Source: Thermodesulfobacteriota bacterium (GTDB lineage Bacteria; Desulfobacterota_D; UBA1144; Nemesobacterales; Mycalebacteriaceae). From it: a stretch of 64,000 nucleotides of DNA. The notes beneath the pieces were generated by a model, which saw only the letters and a list, made by a program, of their open reading frames with translations, ran no database searches and was not told where the DNA came from. Shown one piece after another: positions 45,924-57,900 of this stretch. A program made the translations under genes and the position numbers. Numbering within the stretch: position 1 is the stretch's first letter; every line of letters starts with the position of its first letter. The stretch lies in the NCBI GenBank assembly GCA_965205855.1, contig OZ242184.1, positions 480,001 through 544,000 on the forward strand, given 5' to 3'.

Positions 45924-48900
45924 ATGCCTGTCAAAAAACGACATATTAGTGACTTCATGTTAACTTGCCTGAGGGTGGTGGCTGGTTTCTGCGCGCTGGT
46001 GCTCTTCTCGCTGGGGCTATCGGCAACCGCGGCCCATGCAGTTCATGAAGTTCAAGGCTTCAGCCTCACCGGCACCCCCATCCAGGGTGGGACGCTGACG
46101 GTTACAGGCACTAATTTAACCTCCGGGCATCCCGGCGAAATCCCCGTCTATTCATGGAGGTATTTTACTGGTGCTCCGCTCTCCGAAACCTCCAACACCT
46201 ACCAGCTCACCCAGGCCGATGTGGGCAGATTTCTCATAGTGAGCGTCTCAACTGGGGATCAAACGAGAAGCCTCGGCACATTGGATGAGATAGTCAACAG
46301 CAATCTCCGGCCCACCGGCACGGTGCCCATCACCGGCAATCTGAGCGAGAATGAGACCCTTGGGGTGAATCTCTCCGGCCTGCGCGATGACGATGGCCTG
46401 CCCAACCGCTCAACATTTAGCTATCAGTGGTCTCGTTCCGATGCGGGTACTAATCTTGTTTCCATTAGCGGCGCCACCGGGCGCACCTACACCCTGACCC
46501 AGTCCGATGTGGGCAACCACATCACCCTGACCATCTCATATACCGACCGCGAGAACCGTCAGGAGACATACAGAACGACTACCTCAGGTCAGATAGCCAA
46601 TGTCAATGTCCCGCCCACCGGATTACCGGCCATTAGCGGCACCCGGACCGAGGGTCGGACCCTGACGGCCATTACCGATGCCATTGAAGATAGGGATGGT
46701 CTGGAAAATGCGGTTTTCACCTATCAATGGAATACGCGGATAGGAAGCACGGACACGCCGATTTCCGGCGCGACCCAGCGCACCTACATACCGACCCAGG
46801 CCGATGTCGGCCGGATGGTCACCGTGACCGTCCGCTACACCGATGATGAAAACAGTGCCGAGGGCCCCCTGACCAGCGCACCCACGACGGTGTTCGCTCA
46901 ACAACAAACAACGCGTGCTCTGAGCGCGACAGTAACGCCTCTTTCCATCACCCCGGGTGATGGTCCTGTGGAGATGTTTCCCGACTTGACCGTGATAGGA
47001 ACAATACCTAATTTAGTTCAAATAAGAGTCTTGAACCGGGGTGACTTGGTAAATGAAGATGCCGTGACCACCCCGTTCGTGCGCTTGCACGATCCGGTTG
47101 TGCCCGGGTTTAACTTTCAAGCCTCCCCCACCAACATCACCAGTGATAGTAGGGTATTCACCAGTTTTGCGCAAGAGCCACCGAGCCAAAACGCAGAGGC
47201 GTGGCAAACTTTGCTCCGGAGCGTCGCCTTTCAGGCACCGGCTGATACTGGCGGACGCAAGATTCAACTCAGAGTTGAGGCGTCTTACGATAATGGATCT
47301 TCCTACTTAAACATGCTGTCCCGAACCCTCAATATCGTGGGCCCCGCGCCCAACAACCCGCCCACATCAAGCGGGCTGGCGGTCAGCACGCCTGAGGACA
47401 CCCCCTATACCTTTGAGGCGGACGACTTTCCCTTTACCGATGCCGACACTGGCGATAGACTGCAACGAGTGAGCATCAATGACCTGCCTGCCAGAGGCAC
47501 CCTGACCCTCGGCGGCGGAGCAGTGCTCGCAGGGCAAGTGATTAACGTTACCGCTATTCCGACTCTGGTCTATACCCCGCCGGAAAATGCCAACGGTGAT
47601 GACATCTTCACCTACAGCGTCTACGACGGCACCACCTTCAGCACCGCCACTACCATGGCAACCATCACTATCAACCCGGTCAATGACCCGCCCACCGGCG
47701 CGGTGACCATCGATGGCATGCCGGCCCAGAATCAGACCCTGACTGCGGTAACCGATGCCATTGTCGAACCCGATGGTCTGGAAAATGCGGTTTTCACCTA
47801 CCAATGGAATACGCGGGTCGGGAGCACGGACACGCCGATTAGCAACGCGACCTCCGAAACCTACACCCTGACCCAGGGCGATGTGGGCGAGATGATCACC
47901 GTGACCGTGCGCTATACCGATGCCGGGGGCGAGGATGAAGGGCCGCTGACCAGCGCGCCCACAGAGGCGGTGGCCAATGTCAATGACCCGCCTGTCGGCA
48001 CGGCAATTACGTTGCCCGTGCCGAGCGTGACGGGGGGCGCAGAGACGGTTGATTTGAATAGCATTTTTACCGACCCCGATGGCGATGCCCTGATATATAC
48101 CGCAAGCTCTGGTGATGAAAGCGTGCTCAGGGTGTCGGTGACGGACAGTACGTTGACCCTCATCCCGGTTACCAGAGGCACCGCAACCCTCACGCTCAGG
48201 GCCAATGATAGAAACGGGGGCAACGGCGAACTGAGGATTGTGGCAACGGTGGGCAATAGTCCGCCCATCATCCCGGAAATTGTGCTGCCGGTGTTTACCT
48301 CCTTCTCGGGAGAACAGGGACCCTTTGAGCTGAGCGACATTCCCAGGGGGGTGGACCCTGACGGCGATATAACGACCTACACCGTGGTCTCTGATGATCT
48401 TAACATCGCCGAGGGGATGATAGATGCGTCACACCCGCTATACAGGCTGTTTGTTACCCCGTTCGACATCGGTAACGCCAACCTCACCATCACGGCCAAT
48501 GATGGCAATGGCGGCACGGATACCCGGGTGGTTGCGGTGCAGGTGCTGGGGTTCAACCGGTCGCCTGTGCGCACGATGGTCGTCCCGATGGTGCCTGAGC
48601 TGAGTCTGCCGGCGGGGCCACAAGAGGTTGAACTGAGTGGCACTTATACAGACCCTGATGGCGATGATGATGCTTTGACTTATCAAGCGGTGTTTTTTGA
48701 CACGGAAGATCCGAACCCGGATTTCGAAGAAGAAGATGTGGTCACCTGGGCAGTCACGGGCAGTACGCTGACCCTGACCCCGGTGGGTCCTGGTACCCTC
48801 AGGCTCGGTATCCGAGCGCTTGATAGCCGCCTTCCGCCCGGCAGAGCCGGCGGGCTGATACTTCCCGTCACGGTGATTAACAGCCCGGTCAGTGGCAATG

Positions 48901-51900
48901 TGATTATTGATGGCGTCCCTGAACGGGACCAGACTCTGACGGCGGACACCTCCGGCATTAGCGATGCCGATGGCCCCGATCCCCTGCCATTCACCTATCA
49001 ATGGAATAGGAACAACGGAACCACGAGCGAGCCGATCCCCGGCGCAAACGAGGAAACCTACACTCTGACCGATGATGACGTGGGGAACAGCATCAGCGTG
49101 ACCGTCGACTACACCGATAGAGGGGGTACCGACGAGGGGCCCCTGACCAGTACGCTCACGGCGCAGGTCATTGGCACGGTGGCGGTTTCCATTGCGCCCC
49201 CTGACGCTCCCGTCGATGAGGGCGAAGACGCCACCTTCACGGTGACTTTATCGCATTCTACCGCGAATGACATCGTGCTGAACTATGCCACCTCGGTGGC
49301 GCCTGAGGACACGGCGGAGCAGAGCGATTTCATGGCGACGAGCAGCACCTTGACCTTTTCGCCGGGCGCGGCTCTGAGCCAGACCTTCACGGTATCGGTG
49401 GAAGACGATGAACTGGTGGAAGGCGACGAGACCTTCACGGCGACCCTGAGCGCGAACTCTGCCAGCCCGCTACCAGTGGGCGTTAGTCTGGCGACGGCGA
49501 CGGCCCAGGCGACCATCGCGGCCAACGGCACGGCGACGGTGTCGGTCATTAGCGGCGGCAATACTGTGCCCGAAGACCAGGACATCACCTTTGCCGTGCA
49601 ACTGTCGGGGGCTCCGGGATCGGATGTGGTGGTGAACTACACCGCTTCGGTCGAGGCCGGCGACACGGCGATGGCGAGCGATTTCACAGAAACCACTGGC
49701 ACGCTGACCTTCCCGGCGGGCACGAGCGAGTTGAGCCAGACTTTCACTGTGGGGGTGGTTAACGATAACCTGCCGGAAGACAACGAGACCTTCACGGTGA
49801 CCCTGAGTGAGAACCCTGACAACCCGCTACCGGCAGGGTTCACCCTGGACATGGACATGCAAACGGCACGCGGGACAATCGCGGCGAGCGATGAGGCGAC
49901 GATATCCCTCGCCGGGCCCAGAGACCCGGTGATCGAGGGTGAGAATGCCGTGTTCACCGTGACCCTGTCGGCCTCGCCTGTGGGCGATGGCTTGACGGTG
50001 GGCTTTAGCACCTCCATTGAGTCAGACGACACCGCCCAGGCAAATGATTTCACCGAGACCAGCGGCGCGCAGACCTTCTTCATGGGCACGAACGCCCTGA
50101 CCCAGACCATCGTTGTGCCGGTGACCGACGATAACGAAGTCGAGAACAGCGAGACCTTCACGCTAACCCTGATGAATGACGGCGACGGGGGTTCTGTCTT
50201 CCCGCCAGGTTTCATCCTCAACCCGTCGGCCAGCAGCGCCAAGGCGGCCATCGTGGGCAGAAATAATGCGCCCACCACCGTCGGGCTGGGGGCTTTGATA
50301 GACGAGGATACCTCCCATACCTTTGTGGCGGACGACTTCAACTTTACCGATGCCGACATGAGCGATATGCTGGAACAAGTGCGCATCGATAGCCTGCCCG
50401 CCACGGGCGACCTGACCCTGAACGGCACAGCGGTCAACGCGATGCAAGAGATTACCGTTACCGATATCGACAACGGCAGTCTGGTCTATACCCCGGCGGA
50501 CAATGTCAACGGTGCTTCGACCTTCGACTTTAGCCTCTCCGACGGCACTGACTTCAGTGAGTCCGCCGTGGCAACCATCCTCATTCGCGCGGTCAATGAT
50601 GAGCCCAGCGGCACGGTGACGATCAGCGGCACGGCCCGGGTGGGCGAGACCCTGATGGCGAACACCGGCGGCATCAGCGATGTCGATGGTCCCGATCCCC
50701 TGACATTCACCTACCAATGGAATACGCACTCCGGCGGCGTGGATACGGCCATCAGCGGCGCGAACTCTGCAACCTACACCCCGACCACGGGCGATGAGGG
50801 CGAGATGATCACCGTGACGGCCAGATTCACCGATGACGGTGGTATGCGTGAAAGCCTGACCAGCGCGCCCACGGCGGCGGTGGCGATGATGTCCCCGCCC
50901 CCGCCCTTGCCTGACCTGAGCGGCACCACAACGCCCCTTCCAGTCACGCCGGGGGGTGATGCGGTGGTGGTCTTTCCCGATTTGGTGGTGAGCGATGCAG
51001 ATGCAAACCCTGTAGTCATAAGAGTAAGAGTCGAGAACCCGGATGACTTGAATGCTGGCGATACCCTGGCCTTCAGCGGTACTCCGAATACGAGCGGGAT
51101 TCAGGTGCAGTTTTTTCCCGCCGCCGGAATTATAGGTACTTCTAATGATACATTGTTTGGCGGTTTTGCGTCCGGGACACCCCCAGGCGCAGATAGATGG
51201 CAGGGTTTGCTCAGGAACCTCACCTTTGCGGCACCCGCCGGTAGTGGCGGACGCGAGATTCGATTATTCGTTCAGGTGCGATACAGTCTTAGTGGTTCCG
51301 ACTCCTCCGACACCCTGACCCGAACCCTCAATATCGGCGCGCCGGCGGCCAACAGCCCGCCGACGGGGCTTCCGACCATCACCGGCACGCCCCGGGTGGG
51401 GGTGACCCTGACGGCAAACACCAGCGGCATCAGCGATGCCGATGGTCCCGATCCCCTGCCGTTCACCTATCAATGGAATACCCACGCCGGCGGCACGGAC
51501 ACGGCCATCAACAACGCGACCTCCGCAACCTACCTCCTGACCGCGGACGAAATGGGCGATCAAATCACCGTGTCTGTGCGTTATACCGATGCCGGGAACA
51601 CCAACGAAGGGCCGCTGACCAGCGTGCCCACGGCGGCGGTGGCGATGATGTCCCCGCTTGAACTGAGCGGGACGACAACGCCCCTTCCGGTCACGCCGGG
51701 GGGTGCTCCGGTGGCGATCTTTCCCGATTTGAGCATAGACACAGGGCGGCCCAATACCTTTAGACTAAGAGTCGAGAGTGCGGCTAATCTGAACTCTGGC
51801 GATGCGGTGACGCTCGCTGCTGCTGCGGAGAGGAGAAATTATGACATTTTATTTATACCCATCGCTAGTGTTGGTGCATCGCAAAACATAATAGTCGGCG

Positions 51901-54900
51901 TTAGTACCCCCGACAACGATGACGAAGCCCCAGAGCGGTGGCATAACCTGCTCCGGCACTTCACCTTTCAGGCACCCGCTGGTAGTGGCGGACGCGAGGT
52001 TCGATTCATCGCTGAGTTAACGGTCTCGGACCTTGTTAGCGGTAACGATGTCGTTGAAACCCTGACCCGAACCCTCACTATCAGCGCGCCGGCCAACACC
52101 CCGCCCACCACCAGCGGGCTGACGGTCACGACGCTTGAGGATACCGCCTATACCTTTGCAGCGGGTAATTTCAACTTTAACGATGCCGACTCCGGCGATA
52201 ACCTGGTAGAGGTGCGCATCGATAGCCTGCCCGCCAGCGCCGGCGGCAGCCTGGCGCTGAGCGGCACAGCGGTTATCGCGGGGCAAGTGATTCCCGTTGC
52301 CGGTATTCCGAATCTGCGCTATACCCCGGCGCTCAATGTCAACGGCGCTGCGACCTTCACCTTCAGCGTCTCCGACGGTACTGACTTCAGTACCCCGCCC
52401 GCCACGGCAACCGTGACCGTAAACGCGGTCAATGATGATCCCAGCGGCACGGTGACCATCACCGGCACCGCGACCGTGGGCGAGACCCTGACGGCGAACA
52501 CCGACGGCATTAGCGATGCCGATGGCCCTGATATGCTGTCATTCACCTATCAATGGCTTGCGGGTGGCATTCCTATCAACAACGCGACCTCCCCAACCTA
52601 CCTCCTGACCGGGGACGAATTAGGCGAGATGATCAGTGTGGACATCAGCTACATGGATGCCAATGACATTGAGGGAGGTGTTGTCAGTGATCCCGTCGGG
52701 CCGGTGCTCGCGGCGGACATGGTGACAGTTTCCATTGCGGGCCCCGGCGCTTCGGTCGATGAGGGCGATCCTGCCACCTTCACCGTGACCCTGTCGGGTT
52801 CTCCCGCGGATGAAGTGGTGGTGAATTATGCCACCTCGGACGAAACGGCGACCGAGGGGAGCGATTTCACCGCCCCGGCCGCTGATGCGGCGCTGACCTT
52901 CGCGGCGAATACGACCACTCTGACCCAGGACATCAACATAGCGACGACGGACGATAGCGATACCGAGGGCGACGAGACCTTCACCCTGACCCTGAGCGCG
53001 CCCAGCGGGGGTTTTCCGGCAGGGGTCACCCTGGGCACGACCACGGCCCAGGCGACCATCGCAGCCAGCGATGCGCCGGCCAACACCCCGCCCACCAGTA
53101 CGACAGACCTTGCCGTGACCGGGTTAACCGTAACGTCGGGGGCGCAGACCTTTGATCTCGAGGACAATTTCGATGACGCGGACAGCAGCGATACCTTGAC
53201 CTATACCGCGGACTCTGGTAATGAAACCATCTTCACGGTGGCGGTCGCGGGCAGCATGCTGACCATTACCCCGGTCAGCAGGGGTACCGCCACCCTCACG
53301 CTTACCGCCGATGATGGCAATGGCGGCACTATCAGCCAGACCCCGTCGGTGACCGTGAACAACAGCAGGCCCACTGCCCGTGCCGGTTCAGATTCGACAG
53401 CGGACAAAGGTAGCCTCATCACGCTTGATGGCTCTGGCAGTTCCGACCCGGATGCGAGCGACATGCTGACGTATCTATGGACGCAGCAGCCTGGCAGCAC
53501 CCCGGTGACTTTAAGCGATCCGACAGCAGAGCAACCGACGTTCACCATTCCAACCGTAATAGAGCGCGGTTTTACTTTTGTTTTCAGGCTGGTCGTTAGC
53601 GACGGGGCGCTCTCGTCCACCAACAGGGCTGAAGTCACCATCTTTACCCGACCGATATTTCCGTTCCCCACGACCCTTGATGATCAGACCTATGTGGTGG
53701 GCAACCAAATTGATGATCTGACTTTGCCCACGGCACTGGACATTTTCGGCAATCCCAATACCTATGCGCTGAGCCCCCTGCCGCCTGGACTGTCCTTTAA
53801 TACTACTAACCGCACACTGTCTGGTACGCCGACCCAGGCTGGAACCTTTGACCTGACCTACACCGCGACGAGTAACTTTGGCACGGATTCACGCAGCTTT
53901 AGCATTGCGGTGATTAACCTCCCGACCATCACCGGCACTCCGACCGAGGGTGAGGAGCTAACGGCAGACGCCTCTGCAATTATCGCGGCCAACGGGCTTG
54001 ACGAATCCGACATCAGCTACCAATGGCAGGCGGATGGCGTAGATATTGCCAACGCGACCTCCATCACCTACACCCTGAGCACGGACGATATCGGTAAGAG
54101 GATCACCGTGACGGCCAGCTTCACCGTTGGCGCAACGAGTGAAGAACGAACCAGCGCGCCCACGGCGGCGGTGGCGGCGCCGGGCAACATCCCGGCGACG
54201 GGAGAGCCGACCATCAGCGGCATTCTTCAAGTGGGCCAGACCCTGACAGCGGACACATCTGGAATTGTCGATGCCGATGGGCCTGCCGCACCCGCCTTCA
54301 GCTACCAATGGCAGGCGGACGGCCAGGATATTGCCGGCGCGACCGCCATCACCTATATCCCGACTGCGGGCGATGTCGGTGATGTGATCACCGTGACGGC
54401 CATCTTCACCGATGACGTGGGAACGCGTGAAGAACGGACCAGTGCCCCCACGGCGGTGATCCAGACCAATACCCGCCCCACCGCCAATGCCGGTTCAGGT
54501 TCGACAGGGGCCAAAGGTAGCCTCATCACGCTCGATGGCTCTGGCAGTAACGACCCCGACGGCGATAATGCGAATCTGACGTATCTATGGACGCAGGTGC
54601 CGCTGGATAACGGCGGCGGCATCCCGGTGACTTTAAGCGATCCGACAGCACAGCAACCGACGTTCACCATTCCAACCGTAATAGAGCGCGAATTTACTTT
54701 TCGTTTCAATTTGGTCGTTAACGACGGAGCGCTCTCGTCCACCAACACCGCCCGAGTCGAAATTTTTACCCGACCGAGATTTGGGTTCCCCGAGACCCTT
54801 GTTGATCAGACCTATGTGGTGGGCAACCAAATTGATGATCTGACTTTGCCCACGGCACTGGATACTGTAGGCAATCCCAATACCTATGCGCTGAGCCCCC

Positions 54901-57900
54901 TGCCGCCTGGACTGTCCTTTAATACTACTAACCGCACACTGTCTGGTACGCCGACCCAGTCTGGAACCTTTGACCTGACCTACGTCGCGACGAGTAGCAT
55001 TGGCACGGATTCACGCAGCTTTAGCATTGCGGTGGTTGACCCCGTGACGGTTTCCATTGCGCCCCCTGGCGCCGCAGTCGATGAAGGCGATCCCGCGACC
55101 TTCACCGTGACCCTGTCGGGTTCTCCCACGGATGAAGTGGTGGTGGACTATGCCACCTCGCCCGACACGGCGGTGGCGGCTGATTTCACCGATACCGACG
55201 GCACGCTGACCTTCGCGGCAGGCGCGACCGACCTGAGCCAGGACATCAGCGTACCGACGACGGACGATAGCGAGACCGAGGGCGATGAGACCTTCACCCT
55301 GACCCTGAGTGCGAACACCAACAGCCCACTACCGGCAGGTGTCACTCTGGACACGACCACGGCCCAGGCGACCATCGCAGCCAGCGATGCGCCGGTCAAC
55401 AACCCGCCCACCACCAGCGCGTTCACGGTCACCACAAACGAGGATACCGACTACACCTTTGCGGTGGCCAACTTCCCCTTTGCCGATACCGACACGGGCG
55501 ATATGCTGGAGCAAGTGCGCATCGATAGCCTGCCCGACGGCGCCGACGGCAACCTGACCCTGAACAACACAGCGGTCATCGTGGCCCAAGAGATTGCCGT
55601 TGCGGATATTCCGAACCTGGTCTATACCCCGGTGACCAATGTCAACGGCACGGACAGCTTCACCTTCAGCGTCTCCGACGGCACTGCCTTTAGTGCCACG
55701 CCCGCCACGGCAACCGTCACCATTAACTCGGTCAATGATGATCCTAGTGGCGAGGTGACGATCAGCGGCATTCCCCGGGTGGGGGAGACCCTGACGGCGA
55801 ACACCGCCGGCATTACCGATGCCGATGGCCCTGCTACTCTGTCATTCACCTATCAATGGCTTGCGGGTAACACTCCTATCAGCAACTCGGACTCCCCGAC
55901 CTACATCCTGACCGGGAACGAATTAGGCGAGATGATCAGCGTGGATGTCAGCTACATGGATGCCGATGGCTTTGAGGGAGGTTTTGTCAGTGACCCCGTC
56001 GGACCGGTGGTGGCTGCAAGCACCCCGAATACCCCGCCGACCTCGAGCGATCTGGCGGTCACCATAGACGAGGATACCCCCCATACCTTTGCGGTGGCCG
56101 ACTTCCCCTTTAGCGATGTCGACACCAGCGACAGCCTGCAACAGGTGAGCATCGATAGACTGCCTACAACCGGCAGCCTGACCCTCGGTGGCGCATCGGT
56201 TAGAGCGGGGCAAGAGATTGCCGTTGCCAGTATTCCGAACCTGTTCTATACCCCGGTCGCAAATGCCAACGGCACGGACACCTTCACTTACAGAGTCTCT
56301 GACGGCACTGCCTTCAGTGCGGTAGCCACGGCAACCATCACCATTAACGCGGTCAATGACGATCCCACCGGCACGGGTCTGACAGTGCCGGGCTTGAGTC
56401 TGGCCGGGGGCGCACAGACGGTTGATTTGAATAGTGTGTTTAGCGACCCTGACGGCGATACGTTGAGCTACGAGGCAGAGTCTGATGATGAAGACATCGT
56501 TACGGTAGCGGTAGCGGGCAGTATGCTGACCATAACCCCGGTGGGTGCCGGTACGGCGACGCTGACGCTCAGGGCCAATGATGGCAATGGTGGCACGGTC
56601 GAGCAGACGGTGATGGCAACGGTGGGCAACAGTGCTCCCACCACCAGCGGTCTGGCGGTCACCACCGACGAGGATGCCGAATATACCTTTGCGGTTGTCG
56701 ACTTCCCCTTTACCGATGCCGACGGCGATAATTTGCAACAGGTGCGCATCGATAGCCTGCCCGCCAGCGGTAGCCTGACCTTGGGCGGTACGGCGGTTAA
56801 CGAGGGGCAAGAGATAGCCGTTGCGAATATTCCGACCTTGGTCTATACCCCGGTGGTCAATGCCAACGGCGATGTGACCTTCGACTTCAGCGTCTCCGAC
56901 GGCACTGACTTCAGTGAGTCCTCCACGGCGGTCCTGACCATAGAAGCGTCAAATGACCCTGCGACGGGATTGCCTACAATTACGGGCACGGCGAACGAGG
57001 GAGAGGAACTGACGGCGGATGTCTCTGGTATTGAGGATATAGATGGTCTGCCCGAGCTGTCCATGTTCACCTATCAATGGAATACGCGGGTCGGGAGCAC
57101 GGACACGCCGATTAACAACGCGACCACCGAAACCTACACCCCGACCGAGGACGAGGTGGGCGAGTTTATCACGGTGACGGTCTTCTTCACAGATGGCGGT
57201 GGCACGCGTGAAAGCCTTACAAGTGAGTCAACGATGGAGGTGACAGATATTGTCAGGGTGTTAACGATGGACGAGGCGTTGCGTCTCAACGCGGAGCCAC
57301 CGACCACGGACACGACGGGAAGTATTATCACGTTGTCGACCAGCGAAGAAGTAATCCTTGATAACGCTAATGGTGAGGATTTCACCGTTACCTCAACCCT
57401 GAATGGCGAAACAGTACCTCACGAGGTTACCGGTATCAGGGCGGGCAGTATCGTACTGGAGGTGACTCCGGCAATCGGGTTCGGGTCTCTCATCGGAGTT
57501 TCCTATAATCCGGTTCAAGGTTCCATTACGGGTGCCGTTACGGGCAATCCGGTGGTTCCGTTCAGTATAAGTGTGAACAACGCGGTACGGCCGTTGAATG
57601 AAGACCTGGATCGTGAAGGGAGGAAAACGTTGCTGACGCACCTTGCGGGTGTTCAGAGCGATCTGGTGATAAGTACGGTACAGAACCACCTGAGGGCGCT
57701 GGACGGAGGCAACCGTGTGAGCGTTCCACGACATGCGGGTGTAGAGACAGAGGGAGAAGGCAAATACGTTGAATACGAGAACGTCCGTGAGATGCTGTCT
57801 CATCTGGAGTTTGATCTTTCCCTGAACAGTCTGATGGGGTTGAATGAGGAGTGGCGCAAGATCGGTATTTCGTCCGCCGGGGCAGAGGGTTCGTTAGCGC

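Noticed and set aside
47037-47045. RGD integrin motif in gene 3 (another in gene 4 near 61466)
   Set aside because: Several RGDs are expected by chance in ~21,000 Gly/Asp-rich residues, and paralogous modules do not conserve them (NPDDL, SPGD).
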